Shown in pieces: positions 29,561 through 43,905 of a stretch of 64,000 bases of DNA (position 1 is its first letter; every line of letters begins with the position of its first letter). This DNA comes from Octopus vulgaris (taxonomy: Eukaryota): positions 114,514,001 to 114,578,000 of the forward strand of contig OX597818.1 of NCBI GenBank assembly GCA_951406725.2, written 5' to 3'. A model generated the notes under the pieces. The model saw only the letters and a program-made list of their open reading frames with translations. It did no database searches and was not told the origin of the DNA. The translations under genes and the position numbers were made by a program.

Positions 29561-29835
29561 GTGTGTATGTATGCATGTATGTGTATGCATATCACGAGTA
29601 TTAACGTAACTTTTATAGTTATATATCGACTTAAAAGTTTGTATCAATCGCAAACTGTCTATATATCTATTTATCTATCTGTATGTATATATGTATGTGT
29701 ATATGTGTGTATGTGTGTGCCTGTGTATGAGTGTGTGTGTGTGTATATATGTAATATACATATATATGCGTATATGTATACATATACATAACTGTATAAA
29801 TATATATATATATATAAATGTATATATATATATAA

Positions 29836-29876
<41 letters not shown>

Positions 29877-29900
29877 TGTATATAGATATACATACCTCTA

Positions 29901-30069
<169 letters not shown>

Positions 30070-30308
30070 TACATATATATACATATATAGGCGCCGGAGC
30101 GGCCGTGTGGTAAGAAGCTTGCTTCCCAACTACGTGATTTCGAGTTCAGTCCGACTGCGTGGCACATTGGGCAAGTGTTTACTGAGTGGATTTGGTAGAT
30201 GGAACCTGAAAGAAGCCCGCCGTATGTCTATATGTATGTGTGTGTGTGTCTTTGTTTCTGTGTTTGTCAACCTTTACACATTATCAGTCTTATATCTTCA
30301 CATCAAAT

Positions 30309-31240
30309 ATATTCTTTTCTACTCTTGAACCCAGAGTGTAAAGACAGACGAAATACCTATTTCTTTATTACCCATAAGGGGCTAAACATAGAAGGGACAA
30401 ACAAGGACAGACAAACGGATTAAGTCGATTACATCGACCCCAGTGCGTAACTGGTACTTAATTTATCGACCCCGAAAGGATGAAAAGCAAAGTCGACCTC
30501 GGAGGAATTTGAACTCAAAACGTAACAGCAGACGAAATACCGCTAAGCATATCGCCCGGCGTGCTAACGTTTCTACCAGCTCGCCGCCTTCATCATATAA
30601 TATTTTTATTTCTTTATTGCCCACAGGGGGTTAAACATAGAGAGGACAAACAAGGACAGACAAAGGGATTAAGTCGATTACATCGACCCAAGTGCGTAAC
30701 TGGTACTTGTTTAATCGACCCCGAAAGGATGAAAGGCAAAGTCGACCTCGGCGGAATTTGAACTCAGAACGTAAGGACAGACGAAATACCTATTTCTTTA
30801 CTGCCCACAAGGGGCTAAACATAGAGAGGACAAACAAGGACAGACAACGGGGTTAAGCTGATTACATCGACCCCAGTGCATAACTGGTACTTAATTTATC
30901 GACCCCGAAAAGATGAAAGGCAAAGTCGACCTCGGCGGAACTTGAACTCAGAACGTAACGGCAGACGAAATAACTATTTCTTTACTACTCACAAGGGGCT
31001 AAACACAGAGAAGACAAACAAGGACAGACACACGGATTAAGTCGATTATATCGACCCCTGTGCATAACTGGTTCTCATTTAATCGACCCCAGTGCGTAAC
31101 TGGTACTTGTTTAATCGATTCCCGAAAGATGAATGGCAAAGTTGACCTCGGCGGAATTTGAACTTAGAGCATAAAGGCAGACGAAATACCGCTGAGCATT
31201 TCGCCCGGCGTGCTAACGTTTCTACCAGCTCGCCGCCTTC
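30309..31240 (-). mobile_element. Multimeric array of tRNA-derived SINE family A
   Basis: Heads at ~31190-31238 and ~30540-30590 (A box TGGTAGAAACG, B box GAGTTCAAATTCC), core GCCTTTCATCCTTTCGGGGTCGATAAATTAAGTACCAG. Tail ends at 30976, 30792, 30608 (184-bp period) and 30359. Confidence 0.9.
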
Positions 31241-31697
31241 ATAATATAATATATTACATTTTCTAAGGTGGAGGCTTAGCAGAGTCGGTAGAGCCTTGCG
31301 ATATGTGGTCAGTCCCTTTACATTCTGAGCTGAAATTCCGCTGATTTAATCTTTGATATTCATCCCTCCGATAAACTATGCGAAAGGAGAACTTGGGTCG
31401 TTTATATCAACTAATCACCCTCCCCTCAGAAATGTTAAACCACTGTCTGAATTTCAGACTATTATTGATTACAGTTACTAATTTCAAATCCGGCATTGTT
31501 CAGCTGTGCCTCGTAGATGCCTGTGTTCGATAAAATAAAATACTTATAGTGTACTGTGGATCAATATAATTGACTGACCACGCCCTGACCTAAAATATGG
31601 TCTTGATGAAAAGAGACTATTGAAAGATATAATTTGCAACACACAAATATCTTCCTGTCTGTCTGTCTATCTCTGTATATATATGAGTGTGCGTGTA

Positions 31698-31743
<46 letters not shown>

Positions 31744-31751
31744 TATATATG

Positions 31752-31822
<71 letters not shown>

Positions 31823-32719
31823 ATCTTTATCTATAGCTATATCTATATCTATCTATCTATATATATATATATATTATATGTACTGTTGTTAATTACGTCT
31901 GTGTGGGTAGCATTAGCAAATATTTGCCTAGGGTTTGTATTTATTTGGTTTCGCGATCGACTGAGCAACGATTTGTATCTAAAATACGTAAAAAAATCTT
32001 CTAGTATCTAAAATACGTAAAAAAATCGCGTGCTATCTTTCGTATGATATAATCCTATATTAAAGAAATGTTATTCTTCATTGCTGTCAATGTGCATAAT
32101 AAATACAGAGAACACAATAAATACACCAAGACAAGGAACGTATCAATATATCATTTAGAGTAGAAATAAGTAATACATGAAGTAAAGATATGTGTGAAAA
32201 GGATAAATAAATAATGAGTGATGATACATCGATTGAAAATGAAGTTAGATTTAAGATTAAAATTTTTGACTTGAGAAATATAAATTATAAGATGCATTGA
32301 CGGCAGTGAGAAATCTTAATGACAGATTAAAAAGTCAAAGAAATAATAAGGATAAGTTTGTTTTAAAAGTTCTAAAGAAATGATATAGAGGATTTTATCA
32401 TCATATAAGATGTATTTCGACGGCCGTTTCTGGAGTCCATTTGTTTACAAGGAATGGATACTTGAAGCTGTGCAATGTCAATAATATGGTGATAATAATC
32501 CTTTCTATTATAGGCACAAGGCCTGAAGTTTTCTGAGAGGGGACAAGTCGATTACAGCGTCCCGAGAATTGATGAAAGGTGAAGTCGACCACGGTGGAAT
32601 TTGAACTCAGAACGTGAAGACGGACGAAATACCGTAAAGCATTTTGCCCGGCGGGCATACCCCCCCCACATCCACTTATGATATCTCCCTTTCTCTCTCT
32701 GCCTGTCTGTCTGCCCCTC

Positions 32720-32788
<69 letters not shown>

Positions 32789-32919
32789 TCATTTATTTAT
32801 TCGTTTTATCAGTTTCAGTTCAAAGCTGTGTCCATGCTGGTGCACTGCTGTTTTACTACACTGTTATTATTGAGAACTTCCTCTGGTATGTGGCATTTGG
32901 TGAATAAGGGAGTTTGATA

Positions 32920-33840
32920 TCGCTACTCCCATTTGCGTTTCCTGCCGCGAGGTAAGTTCATCTGAGACTCTCGACAGGAAGAGATCCAGTTTTGATTTGA
33001 AAACACTTCCATCCATTTGAGTAGGTCCTTCGGGCTCTTTGGGAGAATATTAAAAATCTGTGGACCCCTAAAACCCAGGCTATACCAGTAACTAGTCCAG
33101 AAGCGCGACGGCATTGCTGGGATCTTTGGCATAGTGCAGTAGCTACCCGTCCTAGTATTTGTGTAGCTTTCAATGCCAAAATTTGGCACAATCCCTTCCA
33201 GGATCTTCCAGATGTATATTACTCATATCTCTCCCGCCTTCGATCCAAGGAGCAGAGTCTTAGCTGTTTTAGCCTTTGTCAGTAGCTGAGCTGTTGCAAT
33301 GAGACCATCTTCTTTTGTGAAGCTTCGCTGGATTGCTTTAAGGACCCTGTTAATTTTACACTGTTGGGTGACCATAGCTAGGAGCACTTATCCAGGTAGC
33401 TGAGGACGAATGTTCTCCAGCGGATCATTATGGTTTCCTTCTCTCTGGTTCTGAACGTTCTCAGGATCCATCCATCCAGCCGTCTGCACTTTGTCGCCAT
33501 CTTGGTAATGTGCACTTCGAAAGAGGTATCATCACCCATGTCGATACCCAGTTCCCCCACTGATTTAGGGTCTGGGATTGCAATCCCCTGTGGGCTAGTG
33601 TACTCTGTAAGTTTTACGTTCAGTTTTGGGCGCTGATAGCGCAGAGGTTGGAATTTTCCAGCATTAAACTGCATATTATTGTCTTCAGCCCATCTGTAAA
33701 CTGTATCCAACTCCTGCTGCAGGTGTGCAACATCGCTAGTTCTGCGAGACTTTCTTATCGTCTGCGTAGCGTTGGCTATCCGGGCAGCTGAGGGCATAAC
33801 TGAGAGGGCCACTATGAAAAGCAGTGGTCCCAAGACTGGA
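32920..33840 (-). mobile_element. CR1/L2/Jockey-group LINE RT fragment
   Basis: VLGPLLFIVAL, YADD (other frame), LQQELDTVYRWAEDNNMQFNAGKFQ, LGIDM, GWILRTFRTR, downstream RGPQIFNILP. Confidence 0.85.
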
Positions 33841-34102
33841 TGACATGACATGAATAGTGTTGTGAGGTAGAGAGTAACGATGTCGTTGCGATATAGGAAA
33901 AGTGTTAACGTCCCAAGAGCTGAAATGCAAGAAACAATACCTAATGAAAACAGCAACAACAACAACTACAACAACAACAACAGCAACAACAATAATAATA
34001 ATAATAATGATATATATACATATACAGGCACTCAAAGCACGCCCGCACACACACATGTGTATGTGTATATGTATGTGTGTGTGTGTGTGTGTGTATACAT
34101 AC

Positions 34103-34137
<35 letters not shown>

Positions 34138-34841
34138 ATCATATATGTGTATGTATAATTGAGTGATAGATTTTACATATAGAAGAAAATAGATGTAAAA
34201 GAAGACGCATGTATACATAGCATGAACGAGGGGACCGGATAAGACAAAAAAAGAAAGTACAAATTAAAACAAACAGGTAAGAAAAGCAACTTTTAATTAG
34301 GGAACATAACCGCAAAACGTTAGGAGGATAAAGTTAATGAGACGTGGTGTCGGTGTTGGCGGAGCGGTTTGTGCTGGTCAGCAAGAAAACAAAGCCAAGA
34401 TGCGAGGCATGAAAAGCAGATGTAGGTAGGCTAGCAGGCAGGTAAGCCGGCAGGCAGCCAGGCTGGCAGGTAGACAAGCAGGCAGGTGGTTGGCGACCAA
34501 GCAGGCCCACAGGAATTTAATGATATCCTTTAAACACGGGCAGGTAGACTGGATGACATGACGTAAGTAGAGTTGTGAAGGAAAGAGTAAGGATGTCGTA
34601 GCGATATAGGAAACGTGCTGACGTCTCAAGAGCTGAAAGGCAAGAAACAATACCTAGTAATAATAATATAAATAATAATAATTTCATTTAATTGGCACAA
34701 GGGCGAAGGATGGGGGGTGGGCAATACTGAGACACACATAAAGTGTTGGAGGTTTATATATAAGATGACTAAAATAAAAGTAAGTATATACGGTATACAC
34801 GGAAAAAGAAGAGGCATATTCGTAGCATACAAAGGTTAAAG

Positions 34842-34909
<68 letters not shown>

Positions 34910-35651
34910 TACAACAATAATAATAATAATGATTTCATCTATTTGCCACAAGGGCGAAGGATGAGGGAGACAATAAGAAGGATTTCAAATTTTCCCACAA
35001 GTGCAGGTTTGGGGTTGGGATTAAGTCGATTTCATCGACCCCAGCGCGTAACTGGTACTTATTTAATCAAGGCCATGCGCTGTTGATCATGATATGACAT
35101 CAACATGTCGCGCACATATGGTTGTGATGAATGTGCCGGGTGTACCCTTATCAGACGGGTAGTCATGATGGGTATACTGGGCTTCATATATTTTAACCCA
35201 GCACGGGGTGAAATCTGATGGTGGACGAGCTTTATACTGTACTCTACTACGTTCTTAACGAAGTATACCCTGACTATATATATGTGTGTGTGTGCTTATG
35301 CTTGTATGTAAGTAATGAATGCATGTATGTATACATGTATGAATATATATCTGGGATAATGACGGTACGAATATAAGCCGACGTAAGTAATAAAATCGGA
35401 AGACGATCGTAAAGATTGTGTGTGTATATTTGATGTGAAGGAAATAATTTAAAAAATGAGTAATGACAAACGTAAGGGAAGACAGACGATGAGAGAGAAA
35501 TGAGGACAGAGGAAATGTAAACAGGTACAAGCAACAGCTCAACAGCAACCGGCATAAGGATAAACGCTCGACTATTAATATGCAGAAGTGAAGCGTGGTA
35601 GTACCCAGGCAATTGTAATTATGTGACATTTATAAAATGGAAGGAATAGGT

Positions 35652-35770
35652 CAGTGGTTCTCAACCACTTTAGCGTGTGGACCCCTTTGATTTCTATTTT
35701 TACTTTACCGGACCCGTTTGATATTTTAAAAGAATCCCATTATTCATTTAAATTTGAATATTATTAGTAA
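35652..35770 (+). mobile_element. Possible hAT (Charlie-like) terminal fragment
   Basis: CAGTGGTTCTCAACC...GGACCCCT terminus; no partner TIR found. Confidence 0.4.
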
Positions 35771-36199
35771 TTTTATTTTTTTTATTTTATTTTATCTAGT
35801 TTCAGCTCACGAGCTGTGGCCATGCTGGGACACCGCCATGTGTAAAAATAATTTGTGTTGCTAGTTTTCTGATGTGAAATCGTTTCCTGAAACAGACGTT
35901 GGTGTATTTCGGGATAATAGTTTTTTATATTTATTCTTTTTATTTATTTTTTTTCTTGTTAAATAAACACACGCACTATATATTCGTTCTTCACTCGTTT
36001 ATTATTGTTCTTATTTTAACTCGTGTCCATTGTCCGGAAATCTTTGGTCACAGATCTGTGACCTCTTCAGCGACACTTTCCGTCCACGTGTGTGCTCCTG
36101 CTCCTCTTAGTCCATTCTCACTGTTAGAATATTCTGTATAGATAGATAGATAGACAAATAAATAGATGAATAGAAAGATAGGCAGATGCAGAGATGGAT

Positions 36200-36969
36200 A
36201 TGTTTCTTTATTAGCCACACAGGGCTGCACACAGATAGAACAAATTACAAGGTAGAGCTTTTCTTTTGAAGGTTTAAAAAAAAAAAAAAAAAAAAAAGGA
36301 AGGGGGAGTTTCGATCAAAAGGGATCGTAAAAGGAGAGAAAGAGGACAAAAAAAGGGGGGTTAAAAAAAAGGGGGAGACGAAAAAAAATTGATCAATAGG
36401 GATCGTTATCACAGAAATGTCAATATGAAGTGTAAAGGGGAGGACAGGTGAGGTTTACCCGTGGAAAGAAAAGCCTACGGAAAAGACCACGGTAACCTCG
36501 GTCAATGAAGTCACATTTTATATTTCTTTTTTTTTTTTGCAAATAAGCAACTCTCTGTTTTCGATTTCTGGGTTCATAGGACTATGCTCAAGGTGGCTTC
36601 GTCATTCATACGTGCCATTCTTGCTACATTCACCCATCTTTTTTAAAACATTCGCTAGACAAAACTTGCCTCTCTACTCTCACTTTCCTTTTCAAGTGGT
36701 ACTTGAAGAAGTTGATGAGAGATTGACCAGAGAGGAAAGTGTTTGTCTCCAATCCTTTCAGACGCGTCCACCAGATACATTCTTTCGCCATAGCCACAAG
36801 GATGATGAAAATAGCTCTTCCTTCCCGTTTGAAGGAAGGAGGCGTGACAATATTGACGATAGACTCAGCTGATAAACCGACTCGTCCCACACGTGACAGC
36901 AGTTGTTCGACATAAGCCCACAGGTCGGAAATTGTTGGACACTGAACGAGTGCGTGCAGAACGGTTTCG
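36200..36969 (-). mobile_element. Tx1-like LINE copy A (3' ~770 bp), in tandem with copy B
   Basis: Near-identical to 37278-38063 ([10 protein letters not shown]...ECFKK, same 3' UTR). A short indel in a T run frameshifts the last codons. Flanked by degenerate GATA (36138-36199) and a GATA array (36972-37277). Confidence 0.92.
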
Positions 36970-36971
36970 AG

Positions 36972-37277
<306 letters not shown>

Positions 37278-39035
37278 ATGTTTCTTTATTAGCCACACAG
37301 GGCTGCACACAGATAGAACAAATTACAAGGTAGAGCTTTTCTTTTGAAGGTTTAAAAAAAAAAAAAAAAAAAAAAAAAGAAAGGGGAGTTTCGATCAAAA
37401 GGGATCGTAAAAGGAGAGAAAGAGGACAAAAAAAAGGGGGTTTAAAAAAAAGGGGGGAGGAAAAAAAAATTGATCAATAGGGATCGTTATCACAGAAATG
37501 TCAATATGAAGTGTAAAGGGGAGGACAGGTGAGGTTTACCCGTGCAAAGAAAAGCCTACGGAAAAGACCACGGTAACCTCGGTCAATGATGTCACATTTT
37601 ATATTTCTTTTTTTTTTTTTTTTTTTTTTTTGCAAATAAGCAACTCTCTGTTTTCGATTTCTGGGTTCATAGGACTATGCTCAAGGTGGTTTCGTCATTC
37701 ATACGTGCCATTCTTGCTACATTCACCCATCTTTTTTTAAAACATTCGCTAGACAAAACTTGCCTCTCTACTCTCACTTTCCTTTTCAAGTGGTACTTGA
37801 AGAAGTTGATGAGAGATTGACCAGAGAGGAAAGTGTTTGTCTCCAATCCTTTCAGACGCGTCCACCAGATACATTCTTTCGCCATAGCCACAAGGATGAT
37901 GAAAATAGCTCTTCCTTCCCGTTTGAAGGAAGGAGGCGTGACAATATTGACGATAGACTCAGCTGATAAACCGACTCGTCCCACACGTGACAGCAGTTGT
38001 TCAACATAAGCCCACAGGTCGGAAATTGTTGGACACTGAACGAGTGCGTGCAGAACGGTTTCGTCGCTCTGACCGCATCTCGGGCAGGTCGGCCCCGTGT
38101 TTCTCGAGCCGTGTCTGTAGAGCTTATCCCGAACGGGTAGCGCTTCTCGGTAGCACTGCCAGGCCAGGGATCTCTGGAAGTTGTCCATGGGCCCTGGCCC
38201 GAAAGTCGTCCTGAACAGGCGGGTCAGGTACTCCTCGTCGACGTCCAGGTTCGCCCCGAGCTCGTCGTCGTACCTCCCCTCCACTAAACCCCTATAGAAT
38301 GCTTTGGTTGTGTTGAAGTCACTTAAGGTCGACCCAGGACGGCAGAGTTGCTTGAGGGCAACGCGACACTCGCGGTGCCATTCGCCCTTCCTCGGCCTCT
38401 TTTTGATCCACGACTGCAGTTCGGTCATGGAGACGAGCTGCGGGAAAGCGTGCCTCACAAACGGCGACCACACCTGTTCACCGTCGTCTACATAGAGCCA
38501 GAGATGCCGCAGTCTCAGCGCGTGTCTGCGCATCATCAACCACGGCATGCCCAGCCCTCCTTTTAACGGGTGTTGACAGCAAATGGATCGCCTGACCATC
38601 GGGACGCATCCTTTCCACAAGAAGCGAAAGAGGATGCGTTGTAGTTTGGTGATGGTAGGGTCGGGACAAGGTACGACGGTCAGGCGGTAGTAGATGACGG
38701 ACGCGATGTACGTGTTCGCCACCTCCGCTCGACCTTTTAGGGACAGTTTCCTCTCGGCCCATTGCCGGGCGAGAGTGACCACCCTACTCGTTATCTCGTT
38801 CCAGTTCTTCTCCACTTGGAGGTCCGGACCAAACCAGACCCCGAGCAACTCAACCGGGCCGTCGGTCCAGCGTCCCACGACGGAGGCGCTGGTGGACGGC
38901 ATGGGCTTGCTTCTCCAGGTGCCTAGTCGCAAGCCCACTGACTTTTCCCGGTTGATTTTCGCTCCTGTCACCGCTTCGTAATTTTTCAGTGTCTCGCCGA
39001 CCAGCTCGATGTGCTCGTGGCTAGACGCTATGACG
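37278..39035 (-). mobile_element. Tx1/L1-clade non-LTR retrotransposon, 5'-truncated copy B (C-terminal ORF2 plus 3' UTR), embedded in (GATA)n
   Basis: Stop-free ORF from ~39035 to 37667: post-YADD RT region (YEAVTGAKINREKS, LGVWFG, KLSLKGRAEV, KGGLGMP) and zf-RVT-type [18 protein letters not shown]. The 3' UTR is T-rich and ends AATAAAGAAACAT directly into (ATCT)n. GATA arrays lie on both sides. Confidence 0.92.
37667..39035 (-). pseudogene. 5'-truncated ORF2 (RT C-terminus, thumb and zinc finger) of the Tx1-like LINE
   Basis: ORF track 37667..39121. The first ~28 codons are microsatellite read-through; element sequence begins at VIASSHEHIELVG. Confidence 0.88.
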
Positions 39036-39262
39036 AGATGGATAGATAGACTGATAGATAGATAGATAAATGGATAGATGGGTAGATGAGTTGATAGACA
39101 GACGGACAGACAGACAGACATACAGACGGACGGACTGACAGACAGATATATATATATATATATCCTTCCCTTCTTTCCTGAGCGTCAATAATACTTTAAT
39201 TGTTCCACGTCCTCGCGTTGCTGTTTTTTTCTCTTTTTTTCTGTGTTTTCTTGTTTGGATTA

Positions 39263-39323
<61 letters not shown>

Positions 39324-39330
<7 letters not shown>

Positions 39331-39989
39331 TGGATAAAATTATGGAAACACCTTAAAAGTTCAAAGAAATTCCTTTTAATATGGGATAGGACCATCTTTG
39401 GGAGTAATTACAGCTTGAATTCTACGAGGTATGGACTCGTGCAAAGTTTGAATTATTTACAAAGGATTTTTTGTCTATTCTTCTACTAAAACAGATGATG
39501 GTGGAGGATGTCGACTATTCCTGGCGAACAGTTTTTGTGGAAACTGCAGTAATTTTAGGAGCTGTAATTTTGTGATCCTTTCTAACAATTCGCGTAAGAA
39601 TCCGATGGTCCTTATCTGAAAGTTCTGGTTTTCTTCCAGAGTTTTGTTCGAAGAGGAGGTTTTGCCTTCTTTCTCAAATGCTGTCATTACTTTCGTGACA
39701 GTATTTCTTGATACACCAAACATTTCAGCTGTTTTCGTTACGCTAGTGTCTGCCATAAGAGCACCAACTATTTGACCTCTTTGAAAGTCCGATAGCTCGG
39801 TCATTTTAATGAATTTTAATTACCTTTTTCGTGATGATATCTGAAAAGAAACAGCATTTTTAGCAAAACATATTAAGCAACACTAAAAAAAAAACAACAT
39901 AATAATAAACAAGCTTTTACCGTTTTATAGATATTTCAAAATTATGATGGTATGATGCTAGGTGTTTCCATTATTTTGTTCAACCTCTG
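39324..39989 (-). mobile_element. Internally deleted Tc1-like transposon
   Basis: TIRs GAGGTTGGATAAAATTATGGAAACACC and GGTGTTTCCATTATTTTGTTCAACCTCTG|TA. ORF 39475..39804 begins with a paired-type HTH (ELSDFQRGQIVGAL...TAEMFGVSRNTV). Confidence 0.85.
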
Positions 39990-40988
39990 TAAATAGATAG
40001 ATAGATAGATAGATAGAAAGATAGATAGAAAGATAGATAGATAGATAGATAGATGGATAGATAGATAGATGAACAAAGAAAAGTAAAAGGTTATTGGATG
40101 CTTCAATGCCCCTAACCCCATCCACTGAAACATTCATCAGCATACACATAAATCTGTGGATAGAAAAATCGATGGCTGCCTTCGTTCGACCTTTTTCGTA
40201 TCTAAAAGTTTTAAATAACCCAGTATTTACATTCTTTCACTTATAGATTTATGAGCGGGATTAGAGTCATTCTCTCGAAAGCTTATAAAATTCATATGAC
40301 GTCATCAAACAGCTAAGTAAACAGAGAGATTGATTAAGAGAGTTTGTAAGATTGCTAAAATCCATCATGTCAAGCATTGTTCATAAAAGTTATACAACCA
40401 TTCCACCTTTTCCTCTTTCTCAGTCTCATTATATAATATGAATAATGTATACACACACATATGTATATATATAAATCTATATACAGTGTGTGTGTGTGTG
40501 TGCTGCTCACAGTATATTTCAGACAGAGGTCGTTTATACATAACAAGCTGGGGAAAATGTTTTCCTGGACTTAAAAGATAGTAACATAGTTCAACGTAGG
40601 ACGACCACATTACATTTCCAAATAAACTTTACTGTACAGTAACGTTACTACTTGACCTCATTTAGATGTTATAAAAGTAGCTGTTTTTCTCCTTACGAGA
40701 TCAGTGACTCTCTGTCGCTTCTCTGTTTATTATACTATGAATAAGGTCGAGTGACTGCCATCTCTAGCCGCCAGTTTTCCAGTACCGAGGGCGGGAAATA
40801 ACCCAGAAATCATTGTTTTGCTGGTACTACTAATAGCTAGAGGAGAATAGTACGATCCATTGGTTTCAGTGTATTTCAGACATAAATCGTGTGTCCATAG
40901 CCAGCTAGAAAAGATGTCTTCCTGGGGTTAAAAGGTAGTAACATAATTCTACGTAGGACGACCACCTTACGTTCGCAAATAAACTTGA

Positions 40989-41039
<51 letters not shown>

Positions 41040-41247
41040 CAAAATAAGCAACAAGAATGACTCCGGTAATTTGGTACGATCGTTTCGTACTACATCATTT
41101 TATTAAATGTTGTAAGTATTACAACAGATTTAAGATGATGAGTACTCAGCATCTTAAATCTGTTGTAATACTTACAACATTTAATAAAATGATGTAGTAC
41201 GAAACGATCGTACCAAATTACCGGAGTCATTCTTGTTGCTTATTTTG
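41040..41247. repeat. 208-bp spacerless palindrome
   Basis: Arms 41040-41143 and 41144-41247, centre GAGT|ACTC, one mismatch (41138/41149). Confidence 0.95.
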
Positions 41248-41353
41248 ATCATAATCACCCCACGGATTTTTATGGATAACACCATACAAAAGTCTGGTGC
41301 ATCTAAATTAAGTATCATATTCATTTGAATCTAAATTTTTGCTGAATAAATAA

Positions 41354-41406
<53 letters not shown>

Positions 41407-43181
41407 TATGGAGCAAATAATTAACGAGAAATAATAATTCACGAAAAGAATTTGCGAAGATACCATTGACTCTATTATTATCTAGTGTAACAATTTTAAG
41501 ATGATGATAGCAGAATCAATAATATAGGCGATTGCAGGCCCCCCAAAAGTATTAAATAGCTGAAGGGTTACAATTAATCAAAGGACATACTAAGTATGCC
41601 TACCTGCTGCTGCTGTGTGTGTGTGTGTGTGAGTGAGTGTATGTATTATATAATTCAGTCCCAAGGTTTTGATTGACCCGAGGCAATAGTGGAAGAACTT
41701 GCCCAAAGAGCCTGGCAGTGGGATTATATAATACATACATACACTCACACACACACACACACGCACATTTATATACGCATTTATATATACATCAGGTATT
41801 TTGCAAAAAATTTGACTTAAATCACAATATTTGAAGAATGATTTTCTTAAAATAATAAAAAAATATTAAGTATATTCTTTTCTACTCTAGGTACAAGGTC
41901 CGGAATTTTTGGGGGAGGGGGCTAGTTGATTAGATCAGCTCCAGTACGCACCTAGTACTTAATTTATCGTCCCTGAAAGGATAAAAGACAAAGTCGACCT
42001 CGGCGGAATTTCAACTCAGAACGCAAAGACAGACGAAATACCGAGAAGCATTTTGCCCAGCGTGCTAACATTTCTGACAGATTGCCGTCTTTGTTATTAA
42101 GCGTATTAAAATATACCATAAGAAACAAAATAATACGAATTTTTGGAAGAAGGCTTTCGTATTGGTTCTAAGAGCTTTCCCTGCTCACTTTCCAGAACAG
42201 GCATTTCGGGGCAATCCTTACAGAGAAGTTCTTTCGTAGCTGCGGTGCTGAAGATTTCCGGTTCGGTTTGAGATTTAGAATTCTCATAAACTACTTTTCT
42301 TTTGTCTGTTGTAGTTGATAATTTTATTCCTTTATTTTTTAAGGGAAATATTTTGAAATCTCCGGTTGCACAAATGTCTAGAATTTCACTACTTGGTACA
42401 TTTCTAAGAAAAAAATGTTTGATTTGTTGCTCATGTACTCTAACGCGATTAATTAATTTTGATATAATTCTCAGTGCATTGTGGGTATGTAATGCAAAAG
42501 ATAAGATTATTTTTGTAATTTAGAATCTGTGTTTCAGAGAAAGTCTTCTAGAGTAACTTTTCTTGTTCGTCATTGCAGGCGAATAATGGTTCCCAAGCAG
42601 AAGTAAAGCGCTGTAAATGAGTTATTTATGAAAGAAGGATTAAGACTTTACCTGGCTGAAAACCCACTTAATCAATGAAATAAAGCTTGTTATTTCAATA
42701 ATTATTTGATTCAAAACAATTTTGCATCACTTCCCGTCTGTCTGGAATAATTTTGTAATTAGATATTATTGTCACGATATTAATTAAAATTGTTTAATGA
42801 CATTTCTAAATAGATCGTTTAAATAGGAAAATATGAATGCAAACGTTTTAGCATTTTTAGTTTTATATTTGCCTTTTACGACAATTAAGAGGAGTAGAAA
42901 CGGTTTCGTGCACAATAGATAAATTTTGCTGTTGATATATACAGATTTTTCTTACCAATATACGTGATATATCAGACTGATTAAGATTTCTGAAGACGGA
43001 AAAAAATGATTGCTAATATCATGTTCCCTTAGCAGAGAGATAAATAGAATGAATGAATTAAAAATCCGAAATGATGTGAACAACACAGACATACAACACA
43101 AAGACACTTGTACATAATTATATATATGAGGCAGTGTGCCGATTGACATCGCTGTGTTTACTTCGCAAGTTGTGAAATTTG

Positions 43182-43905
<724 letters not shown>

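Noticed and set aside
30309-31240. Regularly spaced repeats resembling a CRISPR array
   Set aside because: Units are whole ~184-bp SINE bodies with no unique spacers, there are no cas genes, and the context is eukaryotic.
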